DNA of 11,886 bases from a virus. Below are positions 5,595 through 11,886 of the stretch, one piece after another (within the stretch, counting starts at the first letter, position 1; each line of letters starts with the position of its first letter). Under the pieces are notes generated by a model. That model was not told where the DNA came from. It did not search any database and saw only the letters and a list, made by a program, of their open reading frames with translations. The position numbers and the translations under genes were made by a program. Location: the UHGV virus genome UHGV-2004451. One strand, written 5' to 3'.

Positions 5595-5672
5595 CCATCA
5601 GTTGTTTATTGCAGCCGGAGCCGCATCATGTGCGGCTCCGGCAATCTCATTATAGAGGGACTTTGTTTCAGC
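5595..5672 (+). repeat. Conserved structured 3' element, copy B
   Basis: CCATCAGTTGTTTATTGCA, then the same hairpin core, then GGGACTTTGTTTCAGC. About 85% identical to copy A with a structure-preserving substitution in the stem. Confidence 0.6.
5614..5642 (+). terminator. Hairpin (core of conserved 3' element copy B)
   Basis: GCCGGAGCCGCA-TCATG-TGCGGCTCCGGC: a perfect 12-bp stem. Homologous to the 4337-4367 hairpin, with a compensatory T-A to C-G change at the loop-proximal pair. Confidence 0.5.
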
Positions 5673-5716
5673 GATGAGGCCTTTTGCCATTTTACCTTTA
5701 TTCCCGCGACAAAGGT

Positions 5717-8581
5717 ATGGCGATTTTCGGTCTAAAATATTACGCTGAACTTCGCTCGAAGTACAAGGGCGTTTTGTGGCGCGTGGAGATTTCGGAGCGG
5801 GGGTACGCAGGTCCGTCGGAGGAGATGGCCTTCGACGGCGGTACGCCGTTGCAGATTACGTGGGAGAAACGGGGCGACGAGTTCTACGTGCCGGTCAAGG
5901 CTTCGGAGGCGACCATCAATATCCTCTGCAAGGAGAATTTCCATTACCTGGCTCTGTTCACCTCCGATCCCCGTTATTTTCGCGTCTCGATTTTCCGCAA
6001 TCGGCAGCTCTATTGGCGGGGCTACGTCACCTCCGACCTCTACTCCGAGAACTTCACCGCTCCGCCCTATACCGTTACGATCAAGGCCGTGGACGGCTTC
6101 AACCTCTTGTCGAGCATTCCGTTCCGCGACCTCGTACATATCGGCATCGCGGGCAGGCGGTCGCTATGGGAACTGCTCTCCTCCTGCATCGACTTGTTGG
6201 AGTTGGATCTCGATACGGCGGACTGGATGGATCTGTATGTCGAGGGCATGGACGAGAACGCCTCTTCGCTCCGTCAAACCTATATCGACCTCGAACGGCT
6301 CTACTACGTCTACGAGGAGCCTACCTATCGCGACATCCTCGAACTGTGCCTGCGTCCGTTCGCCGGACAGATCTTCCAGTCGAACGGTGCCCTGCATATC
6401 CGCCGCGCCGTATCGCTCTACCGAACTGCCCGTCCCGTGAATTTCTATCGCGTCGGCACGGAGCATCCCGTCGGGCGGATCGTTACGGGCAGCGGACTGC
6501 GGCTCGTGATCCATACCGGTGCGCAGGTCGTCACATCGGCTGCACGCGAGCGCATCGACGGCATGTGGACGGGCGACCTGCACATCGAGGGAAGTTCGAC
6601 GCTCGACATCGTCCCTGCGCTGCGCAAGGTCTCGGTCGATGTAAAGAACAAGAGCCTCGACAACCTGATCGCCCGCATCGGGTTCTACGATCCCGACGCT
6701 TGGACGGATCCGCACGGCTTCGTCTCCGTGAAGAGCGGAGAGGAACTCTATTTCAGCGGCGAGGATGCCTATCGGGGTGCGGAAGTCGTAACTCGGGGCT
6801 TTCCCGTCGAGCAGTGCAACTTCCCGCTCGTATGGGAGTTCGGGTTGCAGACCTACCATCGGGAGTGGGGACTGGGCATTTACCGCCCGAACGAAAGCGT
6901 CGATGTCGCGGTGCATTACGGCGTCCGCATCGTCGGCGAAAAGGCGACATACAGCCTCGCCGAGAGCGGTTCGTGGGTGCAGTCCTCCGACGGGGAGATC
7001 GCGAGTACGGTCAAGACCGGCAACGAGCAGAACATGAAGATCGAGATCGACGGCATCCCCTGCGACGGCGAGTGGCGGTTCTTCGTCCGGCAGACGCTCA
7101 TCGGCAAGATCACGACCTATACCGACCGCTTCGGCAATCCGAGCGGCCGCACTTCGGGCTATATGGAGAGCGCCGCGTTCCGCAAGATGACGCTCTCGAT
7201 CGATGCGGGCGACAGCTACGACAAGGGTTTGCGCTACGAGTCGCTCGTCGATCCCGCGAACAATGTCGATATGTCCGTAACGCTTCCCGTGAGCGATATT
7301 CCCGCCATTCCGAACGACCGGCTGCTCTATGCGCTCTACTACCTCGATGCCGCCGGCAATCCCACGCGCATCTGGCATACGAAAGGTCGGAACGACTACG
7401 ACACGCTGGTCGGTCATATCGTGCAGGGAGCATTGCGGTACAAGCAGCTGCCGAGCCGGCGCATCACGGGCGAGATCTTCACGGGGCAGCATATCGATAT
7501 GAATACGGTGGTTCGGGACGACAAGTTCCTGAACGCCGCCTATTACCTGAACTCCATCGAACTGAATGCCCTCGACGACTCCTACAACAGCGAACTCACG
7601 GAGATGCCGCGCCTGCTCGCAACGGAGAGACCGCCGGAGGGCGACGACTGCATAGCGGTCGCGACGCTCTCCTTCACGGTCGGCAAGGCGATCCGCTGCC
7701 TGAACCGTCTGCTGCTCCAGTCCGTCGATAAAAAGACGGTCTATGCCTTCGACACCGCCACGCGGCAGGTACGGGAGATCTACCGCAGCACGGCATCCTT
7801 CGAGATGTACGAGGCGGACGAGGGTTTCGTCGCGGTGGACGGGAAAGGGGTCCGCTACCTCGACTATCGCGGTACGGTCGAACGGATATATACCCCGCCG
7901 GAGGAGTACCGCAACGTCGCGACCTACATGGACGGATATATCCATATCCTGAAATCCTACCGGCAATATATCGGTCCGCGGGGCGGCGATGCCGGCGGAC
8001 GCAGCGCCCGCACGGCAGAGGACGAGGATCCGAACTATCGCACCTATCGTTACCTCTCGCGCCCGGAGTGCAAGTACATTTCGCCCGATGCCTCGACCGG
8101 ATATCGCGGACGGGGATATGCCTACGAGGGTACGCCGATGTCGGGTGCGATCCTCGCCCTGCGGCGTACGGAAAATACGATCGTCGTGAATACCTCGCAT
8201 GGCGCCTATCTGCACGACAAGCGGTTCCACCAGCCCTGTAAGATGCTGCAATTCGCTGCGGGCGAGCAGATCGTCACCGTCTCCGACAACTATATCGGCA
8301 TCAACGCCGACGATATGCTGTGGTTCTATCGGCGGGATTCGATTACCGAGCGGACGCTGCTCCGGCGGTTGGGACGCTGGGCGGATCACGCCGACCATAC
8401 GATGAGCGAGGTCGTACACTCCTACGACGACGGCATCTTCATCCGGAACTTCCGCGACGACACGACGACCGACGTTCGGAACGCCGCCGGCTGGGGCGAG
8501 AACATCATGGGGCTGTTTTTCATCTGCGGCGACCTCTATATCGTGCGCGAACGGGCGATTTACAAATACATTCCTGAATAA
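5717..8581 (+). CDS. Large hypothetical protein (954 aa from the first ATG; 965 aa if the TTG at 5684 is used); possibly a virion or tail-associated structural protein
   Basis: This is the only one of three overlapping long ORFs with protein-like composition (aromatic-rich, balanced). The overlapping 5776..7731(+) frame is Arg/Gly-rich and 6164..8854(-) is Ser/Arg-rich, both typical shadow ORFs of GC-rich coding DNA. No Walker A or other catalytic motif was seen. The gene lies in the same + strand block as the tape measure gene. The function call is inference only. Confidence 0.75.
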   Translation: MAIFGLKYYAELRSKYKGVLWRVEISERGYAGPSEEMAFDGGTPLQITWEKRGDEFYVPVKASEATINILCKENFHYLALFTSDPRYFRVSIFRNRQLYWRGYVTSDLYSENFTAPPYTVTIKAVDGFNLLSSIPFRDLVHIGIAGRRSLWELLSSCIDLLELDLDTADWMDLYVEGMDENASSLRQTYIDLERLYYVYEEPTYRDILELCLRPFAGQIFQSNGALHIRRAVSLYRTARPVNFYRVGTEHPVGRIVTGSGLRLVIHTGAQVVTSAARERIDGMWTGDLHIEGSSTLDIVPALRKVSVDVKNKSLDNLIARIGFYDPDAWTDPHGFVSVKSGEELYFSGEDAYRGAEVVTRGFPVEQCNFPLVWEFGLQTYHREWGLGIYRPNESVDVAVHYGVRIVGEKATYSLAESGSWVQSSDGEIASTVKTGNEQNMKIEIDGIPCDGEWRFFVRQTLIGKITTYTDRFGNPSGRTSGYMESAAFRKMTLSIDAGDSYDKGLRYESLVDPANNVDMSVTLPVSDIPAIPNDRLLYALYYLDAAGNPTRIWHTKGRNDYDTLVGHIVQGALRYKQLPSRRITGEIFTGQHIDMNTVVRDDKFLNAAYYLNSIELNALDDSYNSELTEMPRLLATERPPEGDDCIAVATLSFTVGKAIRCLNRLLLQSVDKKTVYAFDTATRQVREIYRSTASFEMYEADEGFVAVDGKGVRYLDYRGTVERIYTPPEEYRNVATYMDGYIHILKSYRQYIGPRGGDAGGRSARTAEDEDPNYRTYRYLSRPECKYISPDASTGYRGRGYAYEGTPMSGAILALRRTENTIVVNTSHGAYLHDKRFHQPCKMLQFAAGEQIVTVSDNYIGINADDMLWFYRRDSITERTLLRRLGRWADHADHTMSEVVHSYDDGIFIRNFRDDTTTDVRNAAGWGENIMGLFFICGDLYIVRERAIYKYIPE

Positions 8582-8591
8582 GTGCGAAACT

Positions 8592-8966
8592 ATGGAAACA
8601 CTATCCATCATTCTGAACTTCATTCTTGCCAGCGGGTTGGCGGGAACGATCCTCTTTTTCAACGCGAAGAAGCGCAAGGAGAACGCGGCCGCCGACTCCG
8701 CCGAATTAGCGAACACGGAGAAGGTCGTGGCGATCCAATCCGAGCAGATCACGCGGCTGGACGGGCGCGTGGAGAAACTCGAAGAGAAGGTCGGCAAACT
8801 CGAAATCATCATCGAGCACAAGGACGTGGAGATCGACCGCAGCCGCATCGTCATCCGACAGGCCTACAAGTGCGAAACGCCGCCCGAACATTGCCCGGTC
8901 TTGCTCAAAAGAGCCGAGTTGGAGCGCAAGCGCAAAGAGACCGACGAAAATAACCGAAAATCATAA
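8592..8966 (+). CDS. Small membrane-anchored coiled-coil protein (124 aa); i-spanin-like or holin-like architecture
   Basis: ATG 11 nt after the upstream stop. N-terminal hydrophobic helix SIILNFILASGLAGTILFF followed by a charged heptad-like region (RLDGRVEKLEEKVGKLEIIIEHKDVEID). Two Cys near the C-terminus. The competing 8582..8953 frame is an Arg-rich shadow. Confidence 0.6.
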   Translation: METLSIILNFILASGLAGTILFFNAKKRKENAAADSAELANTEKVVAIQSEQITRLDGRVEKLEEKVGKLEIIIEHKDVEIDRSRIVIRQAYKCETPPEHCPVLLKRAELERKRKETDENNRKS

Positions 8967-9015
8967 AGCGATGAGCAGAGGACTGAATAATTGTAACCGA
9001 CGCCGCGGAGCGAGA

Positions 9016-9039
9016 GCAGAACCCGCTTGCGGGCTCTGC
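9016..9039 (+). terminator. Hairpin in the intergenic region after gene 8592..8966
   Basis: GCAGAACCCGC-TT-GCGGGCTCTGC: an approximately 9-bp stem with one A-C mismatch. Weak evidence. Confidence 0.3.
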
Positions 9040-9099
9040 CGAGCCTCAAGGAGGAAACGATTGCTACAATGACATTCCGGAACGAATAACACAGATATT

Positions 9100-9522
9100 A
9101 TGAACGAGAAAACTTTGCCGAGAGGGATGCGCAATCGTAATCCCGGCAATATCCGCCGGTCGGCGACGAAGTATCTGGGCGAAGTTGCGCCCTCGCGCGA
9201 TGCCGCATTCAAGCAGTTCGAGACGATGGCGTGGGGCTACCGCGCGATGTTCGTGCTGCTGGACTCCTACTCCCGCAAGGGCTACCGGACAATCCGGCAG
9301 ATGATCTCGCGCTACGCTCCGCCCATCGAGAACCATACCGAAAACTATATCCGTTGTGTGGCCGAATGGTCGGGTATCGGCGCCGACGAGCCGGTCGATA
9401 CGCAGGCGGGCGAGACGATGATTCCTATCGTGGCGGCTATGTCGCAGGTGGAAAACGGGCAACCGGCGGTACTATCGGACGTCGAGGCGGGCTGGACGCT
9501 CTATCTGCAACACAAACCCTAA
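9100..9522 (+). CDS. Hypothetical protein (140 aa) immediately upstream of the tape measure gene
   Basis: ATG at 9100; stop TAA at 9520-9522 lies only 6 nt before the tape measure start. Protein-like composition with the N-terminal motif RNRNPGNIR. Function not recognised. Confidence 0.65.
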   Translation: MNEKTLPRGMRNRNPGNIRRSATKYLGEVAPSRDAAFKQFETMAWGYRAMFVLLDSYSRKGYRTIRQMISRYAPPIENHTENYIRCVAEWSGIGADEPVDTQAGETMIPIVAAMSQVENGQPAVLSDVEAGWTLYLQHKP

Positions 9523-9528
9523 ACAGCC

Positions 9529-11886
9529 ATGTCCCGGAGAATCGCCGATTTACTTATAAAGATCGGAGCCGACTCGTATGAGTTCCAACAGAAGGCGCAA
9601 CAGGTCGAGAAAGGACTCGGCTCGCTCGAAAAGAAGCTGACCTCCGTCGGCAAGTCGCTCTCGCTGAAGCTCACCGCACCCCTTGCTGCATTGGGCGGCG
9701 TGTCGCTGCACCTGGCCGATGTGCAGGCCAAAGCCGAGGCGAAGGTGCAGCAGGCGCTCAAGGTTACGAATCAGGCCGTCGGTTACAACTTCCGGCAGTT
9801 GGCCGACTACGCTTCGGAGTTGCAGGGCAAGACACTCTTCGGCGACGAGACGATCCTCGACAAATCCACCGCCCGCCTGTTGGCTTTTACTAACATCACG
9901 GGCGAGAACTTCAAGCGTACGCAGGCGTTGGCATTGGACCTCGCCACGGCGTTGGAGATGGATTTGGGTTCGGCGTCGTTGCAGTTGGGCAAGGCGCTCT
10001 CCGATCCCGCGACGAAGCTCTCGTCGCTGTCGCGTGCCGGTATCGCCTTTTCCAAGGAGCAGACGGAGGTAATCAAGAAGCTCGCCGAGACGGGCGACAT
10101 AGCCAAAGCGCAGGCGATGATCCTCGACGAGTTGGAGCGCAAGTTCGGCGGGCAGGCCGAAGCCGCCGCACGGACGGGACTCGGCACCGTGCAGCAGCTC
10201 AAGAATGCGTGGGGCGACTTCCTCGAACGGATCGGTGCGGCCATCATGCCTTTCGCGACGAAGATAGCGGGTGCGCTCTCGACGGTCGTGCAGATGCTGC
10301 AATCGATGTCGCCGGCGATGATGCAGACGATCGTCGTCGTGGCGGGGCTGGTGGCTGCGATCGGTCCCCTTTCGCTCGGAATCGGCGCCGTGATCAAGGT
10401 GCTGCCGATGCTGGCGGCGGGATTTACGGCTCTGTTGTCGCCCGTCGGATTGATTATGGCGGCGGTCCTCGCGCTCGGTGCGGCATTCGCCTACGCCCGC
10501 CTCCAGAAGCAGAAGATGATCGACGAGATGGCCGAAACCGAATCGCTCGACGAGCTCGAACGCAAGTTGCAGGAGAATATCGCCGAGCAGAAAGAGATCA
10601 TCGCCACGACGACCAAGACGCGGATGGTTCCGAATTTCGGTGGATTGGTCGCCGGATTTATCTTGCAGAAAGTCCCCGACGAATCGAAACTCGCACCCCT
10701 GCGCAAGGAGTACGATCTGCTGACGGCAGCGATCGAAAAGAAACGCGAAACGGAGAAGAAGGCGGCCGAGGCGCAGGCCGAACTGGACAAGGTAACGGAC
10801 GAGGCTCGCAAGCAAACCGAGGAGTTGATGAAGTCCATCGCCGGAACCAACGCGCAGACGGAGCAGAGCACGGGCATCATCGGTAAATTGCAGGCGCGGA
10901 TCGAGGCCCTCGAAAAGAAGAAACTGCTGCCCGAATCGACCGTCGAGGATATCGCTGCGGCGAATGCCGAGATCGGGAAGCTACAAAAAGAGCTGGAGCG
11001 GATCCGAAATATCAAGCCCGAAGACCTGAAGCCCGTCGTCAAGATGGACGGTATTCTGCCCGCGGGCTTCGAGTTGGAACTGCCGGCTCCGAAACTCAAA
11101 ATGGGCGATCTGAAACCCGTAACATCGCAATATGCGCAGCAGATGCAGGCGATATTCGGTGCGGTGCGCGAAGGGCTTTACGGCTGGGCGGACGACAACA
11201 GCGCATACTTGCAAAATAACCTCGCCGATACGGTCTCGATGGTCGAGAACTACACGACAGCGCTGACGGCGAAGGGCTGGTCGTTCTCGGCGGCATTGGA
11301 GCATGTCCACGCCACGATTGCGGAGGTGATGACACGCTTCGATCAGCAGGTGTCGAAGTTTATGGCCGACAGCATCGTCGCTGCGGCGGAGGCTATCGGG
11401 CAGATCATCGCCGGCGATTTGGGATTCGGAGGGCTGATGAAAGCGATTCTGACGCAGTTCGCCAATTTTCTGAAAAATATCGGCTCGCAGCTCATCGAGT
11501 TCGGCGTGATGATCATCGCCTTCAAATCGGCGTTGAGATCCGTCCTCGCTAACCCGTGGGCGGCGATCGCCATCGGTGCAGCAATGGTCGCGGCAGCAGC
11601 CGTGATGACGGCGCTCATCAACAAGAATGCGCAGGAGAGCGTGCCGGCATTGGCCAACGGCGGTCTGGTATACGGTCCTACCTATGCGATGGTCGGCGAC
11701 AATCCCAATGCCGGTACGGATCCCGAAGTCATCGCTCCGCTGTCGAAGTTGCAGGCGATGCTCCCGACAGGCGGCAGCGCGCAGAACCTACGAATAACCC
11801 TCGGCGGTCAATTGACTGCCAAGGGTCGGGATTTGGTGTATGTTCTCGGAAAAGAGAACTTCAAGTCAGAGGTGCTGGGTGGGTGA
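9529..11886 (+). CDS. Phage tail tape measure protein (785 aa)
   Basis: The N-terminal region matches the conserved tape measure core signature as I recall it (LGKALSDPATKLSSLSRAGIAFSKEQTEVIKKLAETGDIAKAQAMILDELERKFGGQAEAA). It is followed by long Gly/Ala-rich hydrophobic segments (IMPFATKIAGALSTVV...GLVAAIGPLSLGIGAV and AIAIGAAMVAAAAVMTALI) and an extended Glu/Lys-rich coiled-coil region. Stop TGA at 11884-11886 coincides with the window end. Minus-strand and off-frame ORFs inside it are GC-shadow artefacts. Confidence 0.85.
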   Translation: MSRRIADLLIKIGADSYEFQQKAQQVEKGLGSLEKKLTSVGKSLSLKLTAPLAALGGVSLHLADVQAKAEAKVQQALKVTNQAVGYNFRQLADYASELQGKTLFGDETILDKSTARLLAFTNITGENFKRTQALALDLATALEMDLGSASLQLGKALSDPATKLSSLSRAGIAFSKEQTEVIKKLAETGDIAKAQAMILDELERKFGGQAEAAARTGLGTVQQLKNAWGDFLERIGAAIMPFATKIAGALSTVVQMLQSMSPAMMQTIVVVAGLVAAIGPLSLGIGAVIKVLPMLAAGFTALLSPVGLIMAAVLALGAAFAYARLQKQKMIDEMAETESLDELERKLQENIAEQKEIIATTTKTRMVPNFGGLVAGFILQKVPDESKLAPLRKEYDLLTAAIEKKRETEKKAAEAQAELDKVTDEARKQTEELMKSIAGTNAQTEQSTGIIGKLQARIEALEKKKLLPESTVEDIAAANAEIGKLQKELERIRNIKPEDLKPVVKMDGILPAGFELELPAPKLKMGDLKPVTSQYAQQMQAIFGAVREGLYGWADDNSAYLQNNLADTVSMVENYTTALTAKGWSFSAALEHVHATIAEVMTRFDQQVSKFMADSIVAAAEAIGQIIAGDLGFGGLMKAILTQFANFLKNIGSQLIEFGVMIIAFKSALRSVLANPWAAIAIGAAMVAAAAVMTALINKNAQESVPALANGGLVYGPTYAMVGDNPNAGTDPEVIAPLSKLQAMLPTGGSAQNLRITLGGQLTAKGRDLVYVLGKENFKSEVLGG

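Noticed and set aside
5776-8854. Very long alternative ORFs (5776..7731 +, 651 aa; 6164..8854 -, 896 aa) overlapping the 954-aa gene
   Set aside because: Extreme Arg/Gly or Ser/Arg bias and no start context. They are shadow ORFs created by high G+C and stop-codon depletion; only the 5684/5717 frame looks protein-like.
9051-9089. Shine-Dalgarno-like AGGAGG (9051-9056) followed by a 6-codon mini-ORF (ATG 9069 to TAA 9087-9089) upstream of gene 9100..9522
   Set aside because: No other gene in the window uses a Shine-Dalgarno sequence, consistent with Bacteroidota-type translation initiation, so this is most likely a chance occurrence. A leader-peptide role cannot be excluded but is unsupported.
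9550-11657. Minus-strand ORFs (9550..10815, 9807..10397, 10491..11099, 11343..11657 and others) and the + ORF 10209..10886 inside the tape measure gene
   Set aside because: Same GC-shadow effect; low-complexity Arg- or Ser-rich translations. The tape measure frame has recognisable family motifs.
1-11886. Integrase, attachment site, transposase or insertion-sequence ends
   Set aside because: No recombinase-like ORF, terminal inverted repeats or flanking direct repeats were seen. All supported genes are co-oriented phage-like genes, so the mobile-element boundaries, if any, lie outside this window.

Overview
This window reads as a piece of a tailed phage or prophage from a Bacteroidota-type host: every supported gene is on the + strand, no gene has a Shine-Dalgarno sequence, and the repeated promoters carry a TTG-N20-TAnnTTTG architecture. 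The taxon cannot be fixed from sequence alone, and no database search or structure prediction was run; all calls rest on motifs and architecture read by eye. Three blocks are visible. (1) 1-3003: a partial ORF with a C-terminal membrane anchor, then a tight three-gene DNA-modification module (Dam-family N6-adenine methyltransferase, beta-class SPPY N4/N6 methyltransferase, PAPS-reductase/DndC-like PP-loop enzyme) with no restriction endonuclease in view. (2) 3004-5716: a lower-G+C island of six small genes of unknown function. It is organised as two similar super-units (promoter, two genes, internal promoter, one gene, conserved hairpin element), built from four copies of an ~82-bp promoter repeat and two copies of an ~80-bp structured 3' element, while the protein cargo differs between units. 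This is the best candidate for an undescribed accessory or anti-defence hotspot. (3) 5717-11886: a GC-rich late block with a 954-aa protein of unknown function, a small membrane plus coiled-coil protein, a 140-aa protein and a complete 785-aa tail tape measure protein ending at the window edge. No rRNA, tRNA, CRISPR array, integrase or att site was recognised.
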